A stretch of 32,304 nt of DNA from the NCBI GenBank assembly GCA_044225505.1, contig JBGAIN010000093.1:1-32304 (forward strand), in the 5' to 3' direction. The stretch's first letter is position 1; every line of letters begins with the position of its first letter. Positions 8,888 through 17,975 of this stretch are shown here, piece after piece. The notes beneath the pieces were generated by a model, which worked only from the letters and a program-made list of their open reading frames with translations, was not told where the DNA came from and did no database searches. The position numbers were made by a program, and so were the translations under genes. This DNA comes from Limisphaerales bacterium. Lineage in GTDB: Bacteria; Verrucomicrobiota; Verrucomicrobiia; Limisphaerales; SIBE01.

Positions 8888-10414
8888 TTAACCCTCCAGG
8901 GTCTCGACCGTCACAGAATGGCGTTTGCCGTTGACCGTGACAAACAGGTGCTGAGAATTAGCGGGGGTGGCGCGGCTCGAACTGGCCGTGGCAGGGGCGG
9001 CCGCGGGCGGGACCGCCGGTTTGGCGGGTGCCGCGCTGGCAGTCGTCGTTGCTGCGGGCGTTGCAGCGGCAGGTTGTTTCTTATGCAGTGCTTCCACTTG
9101 CTGCGGAAACATGGCGAAGAGCACCACGGTCTCATCGTCCGTGGGAAGGCCCTTCTCCTGGCATTGCCCGCGATATTTTTCGAGGCCAGGTTCGAGTAGG
9201 TCGGCCGGACGAACGGTCACCGGCTTTTTCCCTGTCTGTTTCTCCACCTGTTCCAGAACATTTGGAGCGATGGGACCAGGCGTCTTGCCATACTTGCCGA
9301 GTGCGATGTCCTGCGCCGGTTGGCAAATCATCTTCCAACGTCCGAACTTGACATTCATCATCGCTTGCGTGCCAACAATCTGCGATGTGGGTGTGACCAG
9401 AGGGATCCAGCCGAGCGCCTCGCGGACAACCGGGATTTCGCGCACGACTTCGTCGAAACGATCCGCCATTCCTTGTTCCTTCAGCTGGGTCCGAAAATTG
9501 GAGAGCATCCCTCCAGGCACTTGATAGATGAGAATATCGCTATCCACGCGTTCGTTGGCCGGGCTGGTAAACGCGGAGAGCTCCTTATAGACACCTTCGA
9601 AGTAATCGCGCAGTTTCGCTAGCTTGTCGGTGTCGAACTTCGGGCAGCGAGGATGCCCTGCCAACAACGCGAGCATCCGCTGGGTGTCGGGCTGCGAAGT
9701 TCCATTCGCAAAGGGCACAATCGAGACTTCGACACAATCAACTCCAGCTTCAATCGCCGCCAGATAACTGGCTGCGCCCAGCCCAGCGGTGTCATGGGTG
9801 TGTAAGGTGATCGGAATGGCGATTCGTGACTTTAGTTCTTTTACCAAATGGTAGGCGATTTGAGGCTGAATGATGCCGGACATGTCCTTGATTCCTAATG
9901 AATCACAGCCCATTTTTTCCAGTTCCACGCCCATCTTCACGAAGTTGTCCACGGTATGCACCGGGCTCAGCGTGTAACACAGCTCGCCGCGCGCGTGTTT
10001 GCCGCACTTCTTAACGGCCCGAATGGCTGTTTCGAGATTCCGGACGTCGTTAAGGGCGTCAAAAATGCGGATAATATCCATGCCGTTCTGGCACATGGCC
10101 CGCACGAACGCCTCCACGACGTCGTCTGGAAAACTTGCATACTGAACGATGTTCTGTCCCCGCAGAAGCATGAGTTGCGGTGTCTTGGGAGCGATCTTTT
10201 TCAAAGTTCGCAATCGATCGAACGGATTCTCATTCAAATATCGCAGACAGGAATCGATCGTTGCTCCTCCCCATGTCTCCAGACCATGGAATCCCATTTC
10301 ATCCAAGATCGGGGCGGCAGGCAACATTTGGGCGGTGGTCATGCGAGTGGCTGCCATCGATTGATGTCCGTCTCGCAAGACGGTATTGTTGAAGAGAACA
10401 GGTTTTGCGCTCAC
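8888..10414 (-). CDS. Pyruvate/oxaloacetate carboxyltransferase without biotin domain (transcarboxylase 5S / OadA-like)
   Basis: LRDGHQS, ETWGGAT, MLLRGQN, IKDMSG, LHTHDT, QVPGGMLSN and LVTPTSQIVG motifs. No MKM domain. Start probably GTG 10414 (the ORF track uses TTG 10432). Confidence 0.93.
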   Translation of the reverse strand: MSAKPVLFNNTVLRDGHQSMAATRMTTAQMLPAAPILDEMGFHGLETWGGATIDSCLRYLNENPFDRLRTLKKIAPKTPQLMLLRGQNIVQYASFPDDVVEAFVRAMCQNGMDIIRIFDALNDVRNLETAIRAVKKCGKHARGELCYTLSPVHTVDNFVKMGVELEKMGCDSLGIKDMSGIIQPQIAYHLVKELKSRIAIPITLHTHDTAGLGAASYLAAIEAGVDCVEVSIVPFANGTSQPDTQRMLALLAGHPRCPKFDTDKLAKLRDYFEGVYKELSAFTSPANERVDSDILIYQVPGGMLSNFRTQLKEQGMADRFDEVVREIPVVREALGWIPLVTPTSQIVGTQAMMNVKFGRWKMICQPAQDIALGKYGKTPGPIAPNVLEQVEKQTGKKPVTVRPADLLEPGLEKYRGQCQEKGLPTDDETVVLFAMFPQQVEALHKKQPAAATPAATTTASAAPAKPAVPPAAAPATASSSRATPANSQHLFVTVNGKRHSVTVETLEG

Positions 10415-10699
10415 GTAATCGCCTATCGTCAAGTTTGTTTTAATGCAGAACGGAACTAAGGGTCTGGGTGTTTTTTTCCCCCTGCAGGCCGTGGTTTAGC
10501 CTGAGAAGCCTTTGCCCGTCATCTGCGCTGGAATATAGGTAACACCGCGGCCGAGACGCGGCTTATCATTTTTTGTTCATCTATCTGCACATGTTGTTTA
10601 TTAGCTGGCTGAAATAGTTCGAGTGGCGCGGAGCCGTGGCCTTTTAATGTCTCTTGCGTGACCGGGGAACCTGCCAATTGCCGTAGGTGATGGATCCCC

Positions 10700-10727
10700 A
10701 TTCTAGTCACTGGATCGGCGCTGGCAA
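10700..10727 (-). promoter_or_regulatory. Candidate sigma70-type promoter of the mutase/transcarboxylase operon
   Basis: TTGCCA-N16-TAGAAT on the minus strand, implying a leader of about 280 nt. Confidence 0.45.
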
Positions 10728-10930
10728 GGCAACTCTGGGAGTGCGCGGACTGTGCGGGTGAGGCAGACTGTAGGCGACGCTGTCGAAGAGTAACGAGCCG
10801 CGCTTCACGAACGGAGTGAGCGGAATTCGAAGTGGCGCCTCCGCTGGCGCTTAGTCTCTTCCCGCCTTGGAATTGACCGTTTTGTCTCCGGGGCGTGCCC
10901 AGAGAGCGTTTTGCAACGCTTGCTCACGGA

Positions 10931-13206
10931 TTAGGTGGGCGCGTCGACGCGCTTTTGGGCGAACGCATCGCGAATCGTGGTGAGTAGTTGTTCCGCAGTG
11001 AACGGTTTGGGGAGAAATACAACCATGCCAGAGCTAACCAATTCTGCCCCCTCCGCCGTGCCGATCATGCCGCTGAAAGCGACCAGGAGGAGTTCCGGTT
11101 TCTCCTGACGCAAAGTCCGAATTAACGTTGGACCATCCATGATGGGCATCATCATGTCTGTCAAAACTAACTGAATACGGTCCGGGTTTTCACGAAACAC
11201 ATGGAGTGCTTCGGCACCGTTTTTGGCGGTGATGACTTCGTAACCCTGGGTTTTAAGTGTCGCTTCGGTGACGGTTCGCACTGGGCCATCATCATCAACC
11301 ACAAGCACACATTCTCCGCGGCCACGGGCTGGGGGTTTCTTGGTCAGTTCGGTCTGTTGAATCTTGTCCGTGAGGAGGGCGGGCAAATAGATGTTGAATT
11401 GCGTGCCTTTGCCTAGCTCACTGTAAACGGTCAACGCTCCGTTGTGTCGTTTGACGATTCCGAGCGAGGTCGCGAGTCCGAGGCCTGTCCCCTTGGTGAT
11501 GTCCTTTGTGGTAAAGAACGGTTCGAATATACGGCTTCGGATCGCCTCCGGGATTCCCGTCCCTGTGTCACTGACCGAAATGCGCACATGCGGACCGGGT
11601 TTCAGGTCGGGGTGGTTTGAGGTGAAGAGCTTGTCGACGTAGAGATTGGAGGCCAGAATCTGCAAGGTGCCACCTTGAGGCATGGCGTCTCGCGCGTTGA
11701 CGCTGAGATTCATGAGCACCTGGGTGAGCTTCGTCGGATCGCCCATCACGACCCAGAGGTCACGCTCCGATCGAGTCTTCATCTGAATCGAGCGAGGCAA
11801 GGTTTCCTCAAGCATTTTGACATGCTCGGCGATGAGGTGCCGCACTTGAATATGGACGGTTTGATCATCGGCACCCCGTGCGAAACTGAGGATTTGCTTG
11901 ACCAACTCCGCGCCGTGTTGGGCTGATTTTTGAAGGGTATTCAGCCAGTCCTGCCGCTCCGGGTCGGTCACGGTTTCGCGCAAGAGATCCGCGACCATTA
12001 TGATCGGAGCAAGGACGTTGTTGAGATCGTGAGCGATTCCACCTGCCAGGGCACCGAGGCTTTCCATACGCTGCGCTCTCAGGAACTGGGCTTCGAGTTT
12101 CCTTCGCTCGCTGATATCCGTGTTGATGATCAGTATGGATTCCGGACGGCCAGCTTTATCTCGCACTAAAGACCAACGACTGGCGACAACGATTTCGTGT
12201 TTGTCCCGAGTGACCTGCTGGAGTTCACCGCTCCATTCGCCGCGGGAGATCAGACTTTTCACGGCCGCGACGGGTTCTGGTGAATGGGGCGGAAACAACA
12301 AGGTATTGGCCGTTTGACCAACGGCTTCTGGTGCGGTCCAACCGTAGAGGCGCTCCGCGCTCCGATTCCAAAAGAGCACCTTGCTTTCAAGGTCCGCAAC
12401 CATAATAGCGTCTTGCGCGCGATCGAGCAGGGCGGCCTGCTCCTGAATGCGCGCTTGCTCTCGTTTGCGCTCGGTCACATCCCGGATGTTAAGGATAATT
12501 CCTTCAACGTTTGGATCGCGCAGCAAGTTGCGGCCGAGGATTTCGACGTCGTGCCACGCTCCGGCTTTGTCGCGAACGCGCACTTCTGTCTCGGCGATTT
12601 TCCGATCCGTGACGACCAACTTCGCCAAGCTTTCTTGGGCAAGCGTCCGGTCTTCCGGATGGGCCAGGTCAAGGATGCAAGCACCGATCAACTCGGCAGG
12701 TTCATAACCGAGAAGTCGCGCTACGGACGAGCTGACATAACGCGCTCGTCCTTCGGGGTCTGCGACCGCGATCACGTCCGAACTTAGTTCTGTCAACGCA
12801 TGGAAGTATTCTTCGCGCTTCTCCAGTTCCGCTCGGTAGCGTTGTTCTGACTCGCGCTGCGTCGCCTCATCTCTCCGCCTTTTTTCGCGTTCGCTCCCTT
12901 CGCGCAGCGCACGGCGTATGGCTGGGGCAAGTCGGGGCAAGCGCTGTTTGTTGACGAAGTCGGAAGCGCCTCGTTTCAGACAATCGATTGCCAGGTCTCC
13001 GCCGGTCGTCCGTGACAAAAGGATGAACGGTGCATGGGGTTGACGGGCCTGCGCGGCCAGCAGAGCATGGAGTCCGTCGTACTCGGGAATGGCATCGTCC
13101 GAGATGACAAGATCAAATTGGGACTGTCTGAGCGCTTGCTCGTAGCGCGCTCTGTCTGCGGCGACTGTGATCTGACAATGGAGACAATCTGGACCGACGC
13201 GCTCAT
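10931..13206 (-). CDS. Hybrid sensor histidine kinase REC-PAS-PAS-HisKA-HATPase-REC; N-terminal receiver appears damaged
   Basis: H-box GGIAHDLNN, N-box NLSVNARDAM, G1 DTGTG, F-box FEPFFTTK, G2 GTGLGL, two PAS domains ending in DVTERK/DISERR, and a C-terminal REC (LVVDDD, TDMMMP, KP). The long ORF is open to 13312, but the natural-looking ATG at 13206 is out of frame with it. Confidence 0.9.
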
Positions 13207-13757
13207 GGAAGTGCAAGGAATTCGTCCGGTCCCAGCACTTGTTCCGGAATCGGGCATCCGGCTGGATACCTGGGGCAGGCGCCCGTCTGACCACGCAAAT
13301 CATTAAACACACGCGGACCAGTCCAACCTAAGCCTTCGTCCCTGAACCTAGTGACGGCACCGTCCAGTCGATTCGGCACACGGAATTCGAGTGGCGGCAT
13401 ATTTCTTTCTTCAACGCTATGTCATCAAGAAAAGTCCTCCCGAATCCCCGGACTTCAACATTGCCGATCATGGCAGTCTTGGCCTTCCCGGTCAACAGTG
13501 GAACGGGAGTTCTCGTCATCCACTCGGATCACGGGAGTCTCCGCGAAACTTGCCGTTGTCCTCTTGTCGCACTCCACTGAACACTTTTCCGAGCCCCGCG
13601 CTGGGTCACCTCTCCGTGCCGGGACTTTGCGAGACGCGAGTTGCTCAGTGTGAGACTGTGAGACCGAGGTCGTCGTATAGTGTCCGGACGCCGGAAGGAT
13701 TGGTGGCAAGCAGGGCACACGACCCCCCAATCGCCAGGTCGTCTCGACCGGGCTGGT

Positions 13758-13786
13758 TTGACCTGGGGCCGGTTTTCCCTCACTGT
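13758..13786 (+). promoter_or_regulatory. Candidate leaderless promoter of aroC
   Basis: TTGACC-N17-CACTGT followed by 7 nt and then the ATG at 13794. Confidence 0.5.
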
Positions 13787-13793
13787 GGAGCCC

Positions 13794-14873
13794 ATGGCAA
13801 ACACCTTTGGCCACCTATTTCGCATGACCACCTGGGGAGAGTCTCATGGTGGGGGGGTGGGAGTCGTGGTGGACGGTTGCCCGCCCAGGTTGGAATTGAG
13901 CGAGGCAGATATTCAGCCAGACTTGGATCGCCGACGGCCCGGACAATCGCGCATTGTAACGCCCCGTCAAGAAGCGGATCGCGTGCAAATTCTCTCCGGC
14001 ACCTTCGAGGGGAAAACGCTCGGAACGCCGATTTGCTTATGGGTTCGAAACGAAGATGCACGACCGGAGGCCTACTCAGAAATGGCCACGAAGTTCCGGC
14101 CGTCCCACGCGGACTATACCTACATGGCGAAGTACGGCATTCGCAACTGGCAGGGCGGCGGGCGCACGAGCGCGCGGGAGACGATTGGACGAGTGGCCGC
14201 CGGGGCAATCGCCAAGAAGCTATTGCGCCAGCAGTATGGGGTTGAAGTTCTTGCCTATGTCAAGCAAGTGCAACGACTGATTGCCGATGTGGATCCCGAA
14301 CGCGTGAAAGCCAAGGAGATCGAAGCGAATATCGTGCGCTGCCCAGACTCCCGCGCGGCGGAACGGATGATCCGTTTGATCGAGACCATGCGCCGTGCGG
14401 GAGATAGCGTGGGTGGCATTGTTGAAGGCGTGGCGCGCGGGGTCCCTCCCGGGTGGGGAGAGCCGGTCTTCGACCGATTGGAAGCGGATCTGGCGAAGGC
14501 CATGCTCAGTCTGCCAGCGTCGAAAGGGTTTGATATCGGATCGGGCTTCGGGAGCGTCCTAATGACCGGGCGGGAGCACAACGACTTGTTCCGCACTCGT
14601 GGAGGCCGCGTTCGGACTGTGACCAATCGTTCCGGCGGGATCCAAGGCGGGATTTCCAATGGTGAAACCATCTTTTTTCGAGTGGCCTTCAAGCCGGTCG
14701 CGACGGTGATGCACGATCAGCGGACGGTCGATGTGCAAGGAAAGAATACCGTGCTTCGCGGCCGCGGACGGCACGACCCGTGCGTGTTGCCGCGAGCCGT
14801 TCCCATGGTCGAGGCGATGACCGCTCTGGTGCTGGTGGATCACGCCATGCGGCATAAAGCTCAATGTGGTTAA
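13794..14873 (+). CDS. aroC: Chorismate synthase
   Basis: MANTFG...[34 protein letters not shown] and GRHDPCV signatures. Start reassigned to ATG 13794. Confidence 0.98.
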   Translation: MANTFGHLFRMTTWGESHGGGVGVVVDGCPPRLELSEADIQPDLDRRRPGQSRIVTPRQEADRVQILSGTFEGKTLGTPICLWVRNEDARPEAYSEMATKFRPSHADYTYMAKYGIRNWQGGGRTSARETIGRVAAGAIAKKLLRQQYGVEVLAYVKQVQRLIADVDPERVKAKEIEANIVRCPDSRAAERMIRLIETMRRAGDSVGGIVEGVARGVPPGWGEPVFDRLEADLAKAMLSLPASKGFDIGSGFGSVLMTGREHNDLFRTRGGRVRTVTNRSGGIQGGISNGETIFFRVAFKPVATVMHDQRTVDVQGKNTVLRGRGRHDPCVLPRAVPMVEAMTALVLVDHAMRHKAQCG

Positions 14874-15130
14874 TGGTGAGCGCCGTGGGGCCGCGCTCGG
14901 CGAAGTCTAAAAGCCGCCCATGACGCGACCGGCAATGGAAGCTCGCCTCAGGGCTCAGAAATTGGGTGCCGAGTGATCGGAAGCATCGCTTTCGCACGAA
15001 TCGGGGCGCCGTCTCCCGTCTTCCTCGGAGCTACTGAATTCAATGGTTGTTCTTCAAAGACAAGGACTCGCCTTTCTGGTTTCCGCCTTCCGGTTCACAA
15101 TGAGAACTGCCACGCGATAAGCACAAAGCC

Positions 15131-15159
15131 TTGCACTTCGAGGATGGCTCTCGTTTAAT
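15131..15159 (+). promoter_or_regulatory. Candidate leaderless promoter of parA
   Basis: TTGCAC-N17-TTTAAT followed by 7 nt and then the GTG at 15167. The -10 lacks the conserved second A. Confidence 0.4.
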
Positions 15160-15166
15160 TCAATCC

Positions 15167-15946
15167 GTGCCGACCGTCATTATTGCTGTAGCCAACCAGA
15201 AAGGGGGAGTGGGCAAGACGACCACTTCCGTCAATCTGGCTGCTTGTCTCGCGGCTGTGGGCAAGCGCGTCTTGCTCATCGACCTCGATCCGCAAGCGAA
15301 TGCCACCAGTGGCCTGGGCATGGATAAAACCGAGGGAGCTAGTGCGTATCGGCCCCTGCTCGGGGAAGGCCCTTTGATCGAGAAGGTCCAGAACACTGCT
15401 TTCGAGCGTTTGGACGTCATTACGAGTGAAACGGATTTGTGCGGGGCTGAGATTGAGCTGTCGCGCATGGAAAACCACCTGATGCGTTTAAACGAGGCGA
15501 TGCAGACCGTTCGTGACGCGCAACGCCATGACATCGTCTTGATCGATTGCGCCCCTTCGCTCGGAGTGCTGACGTTGAACGTCTTCGCAAGCTCCGATTG
15601 GCTGGTGGTCCCGTTGCAGTGCGAATACTACGCTCTCGAGGGAGTTTCCATGATCACCCGGATTCTCAATCAAGTCCGTGAGACTGGATTGAACTCGAGG
15701 TTGGATTTGCTTGGTGTGGTCATGACCATGTTTGACGGACGAACCAGGCTCTCCCAGCAGGTGGTTGGAGAAGTGCGCCAGTATTTCGGAGAATTGGTCT
15801 TTGAGACTGTCATTCCGCGCACCACGCGCCTCGCAGAAGCGCCCAGTTTCGGAAAACCCATCATCTACTACGATAAATACAGCGCCGCCGCGGCCGCTTA
15901 CGAAGTCTTAACGCAGGAACTTCTACGACGATTGAAGATGACGTAA
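15167..15946 (+). CDS. parA: ParA/Soj family ATPase
   Basis: Deviant Walker A ANQKGGVGKTTT, DLDPQANATSGLG, IDCAPSLG, PLQCEYYALEG and LAEAPSFGKP. Start probably GTG 15167. Confidence 0.95.
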   Translation: MPTVIIAVANQKGGVGKTTTSVNLAACLAAVGKRVLLIDLDPQANATSGLGMDKTEGASAYRPLLGEGPLIEKVQNTAFERLDVITSETDLCGAEIELSRMENHLMRLNEAMQTVRDAQRHDIVLIDCAPSLGVLTLNVFASSDWLVVPLQCEYYALEGVSMITRILNQVRETGLNSRLDLLGVVMTMFDGRTRLSQQVVGEVRQYFGELVFETVIPRTTRLAEAPSFGKPIIYYDKYSAAAAAYEVLTQELLRRLKMT

Positions 15947-15957
15947 GCGGATAGACT

Positions 15958-17927
15958 TCATCCGGGAGGAGGTCCGAGCGCCCGAATGTGGCGTCGCATT
16001 TCACTGGCCAGCGCTTCGGCATCGGTTTGGTCTAAACGGCGCAGGACGCACTCCCAGCGATACGCAAAGCTGCCTGCGGGATCGTACTTGCAGTGACGAA
16101 ACAGGTGCTCGAACGCTCTCCGTCTTTTGCGATAATCCGTCTGGACGTGAAGGAACTGCTCGCGGAATGCTGCCACGTAAATCCGCGCAAAATCCGCTGG
16201 CTGTGACAAAACGGACTCGCGGCGGTTGACGGCCCGCGCATAATCCTGAGCGAACCGGGCTAGCGGCAGGGTGTATTCAGTGAAAGCCCCGCTATGGTCT
16301 GCCACCAGGATCTCCACGGGCATGCCATCGGCCGACTCCAGAACGACTTCGTCGCCATCATCAAACACCGGTTGCGCATCCTCGAGCGACCGTCCTACGA
16401 TCATGCTGCCTGCCGCCGCTCGACCGAGGAGCGCGGCCAACGCGGCGGCGTAGCCTGGGCGGGCATATCGTTCCAGAGGCAGTTTGTCCGTCGCGATCCC
16501 GGAAAGATACTCGCGCTCAAAGTAGGTGGTGCGAATGAGTCGACCTCGGTAACGTTCATTGCTCCCCAGATAAATCTCGTTCAGGCGGCGCATGACCGCG
16601 CGGCGACACAAATTCATGCCGAGTNNNNNNNCCGGTCCATCGAGTAGTCGGTGTACTCATCGCTTTCGAGGATCGACTCCAAGAGGTCTTTGCCTTCGTC
16701 AAGGTGTTCCCAAACTCCCCATTTCTGGAGCCGCAAAAAGCGGCGAGAAGGCGCCAGTTCGTTTCGCACGTGGAACTCGGCGAGGTAGACCGCGCGACGG
16801 CCCTCTTTTTGGGGGCGCTCGATCGAGAGTGATTCGGGAACGCAGCCAACGTTGATGTAATCTAAATCCCCGTAATCCCGAATGAAATTAAGGATCATCT
16901 CTTTGGCCCGTCCATCGCATAGCCGCTGCAATCCCGGGTCTTCGGGGTGGGTGGCGGCGTCATCAAAAACGGGATCCAACAGAAACTCACCTTCTTCAAA
17001 CCGGCCCCCTGGCAGCCATTCGACCTGGAGAAAGAATTCCGGGCTCAACCCGCTGAGGATCTGTTCGGTTTGGGATTCGTTTCCTTCGAGGAACAAGGTG
17101 GAGACCATTCGCTCGCACCATGCTTTCTTTTGCGGATCATCGCGCAAGTAGGTTTGGTGGACGGCGGTCCGAAATTTAGCGCGCAGCGCGTCAAATTTGC
17201 TGCGGAGGTCGGTGCTGGATAGTTCCTTAAACACGATTCCCGCGAAGTCCTGGGCGCCAAACCGGCGCAGGTCGGCCGCAAAGAACGCTACCTCAGGGCG
17301 TCCAAGGCGATTCGTGCGGCCGGTATGTTCCGCAATTTCATCCAGGTGCTGCGCCAGCCTGGCATCGTCCAGTTTGCCCAGACCATCGAATTCTTGAAAC
17401 GTCAACCAGCGCGTGCCTGTCAGCCGGTTGTAGTAGTAGATGAACGAGCCGGTGATCGCGACCTTGGATCCCAGGATCAGTTTCTTCTTTTCCTCCTGAG
17501 TGGTCGGAAGCGAGTTCAAGCGCCAATACTCGCCGCGCCGCTTGATCGCCTCGCGCAAGCGCGGATCGGCAGCCGAGAGAAAACGAATCTGCCGTTTGGG
17601 CACCAGGTCCTGCAAGAGATCGTCCGCGGCGAAGGCGAGTTCGAGGCGGAATGGGTCCGGGCGAATCAAGACGTGGTCCGACTCAAACACCAGATCGATC
17701 GAGTTGACGCAGAGATGTTCCTCTTCATCGACGGTTAGCGGGGGTAATCCTTGACTGGCGCGTTGCTGGTTCAAATGCTCGATGAATCCGAGCCTTTGCC
17801 ACGCATGGACTCCTGGGGGTTTGGTGTAGAGAACGCGTTGATTCAGGAAAAGGGTTCCAATCCGGCAGACTTGCTGGTTCTGCGCGTCACGCACGAAGGG
17901 AGCCTGTCCGATCAATTGAAGTTGCAT
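15958..17927 (-). CDS. Hypothetical protein (~650 aa) split by an assembly gap; C-half resembles an atypical kinase fold
   Basis: ORFs 16614-17966 and 15958-16617 meet exactly at the N run 16625-16631, and the reading ...YSMDR[gap]LGMNLCRR is continuous. Start ATG 17927 follows a promoter-like motif. Confidence 0.75.
16625..16631. other. Assembly gap (7 N)
   Basis: Run of n characters in the sequence. Confidence 0.99.
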
Positions 17928-17936
17928 GGCGAGGAA

Positions 17937-17966
17937 AGGATAAGGGAAGGCACAGGGATCCTCCAA
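17937..17966 (-). promoter_or_regulatory. Candidate promoter of the kinase-like hypothetical gene
   Basis: TTGGAG-N18-TATCCT followed by 9 nt and then the ATG at 17927. No SD sequence. Confidence 0.35.
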
Positions 17967-17975
17967 GGGGCTGCG

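Noticed and set aside
1295..10459. Many long plus-strand ORFs antisense to the mutase operon (e.g. 3444-4244, 4720-5541)
   Set aside because: Shadow ORFs of GC-rich coding sequence, with no recognisable motifs and complete overlap with confident genes.
10478..10520. c-di-GMP-I riboswitch-like words (GGGCAAAG...GGCTAAACCACGGC) in the operon leader
   Set aside because: The GNRA-capped first stem and the GGACGCAAA junction are absent, and the receptor pairing is imperfect.
10905..10920. AGCGTT-GCAA-AACGCT hairpin after the histidine kinase stop
   Set aside because: Only 6 bp and no U-tract, too weak to call a terminator.
10415..10930. Expected cobalamin riboswitch directly upstream of the mutase operon
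   Set aside because: No GGGAA / GCCACTG / GGGAAG / AGACCTGCC elements in the correct order on the minus strand.
13328..13560. Possible receiver-domain remnant (ETPVIRVDDE; TPVPLLTGK) on the minus strand
   Set aside because: Short motif-like words in different frames with no further support.
16763..16778. parS-like half site CACGTGGAAC near parA
   Set aside because: The left arm does not match the parS palindrome and it lies inside a CDS.
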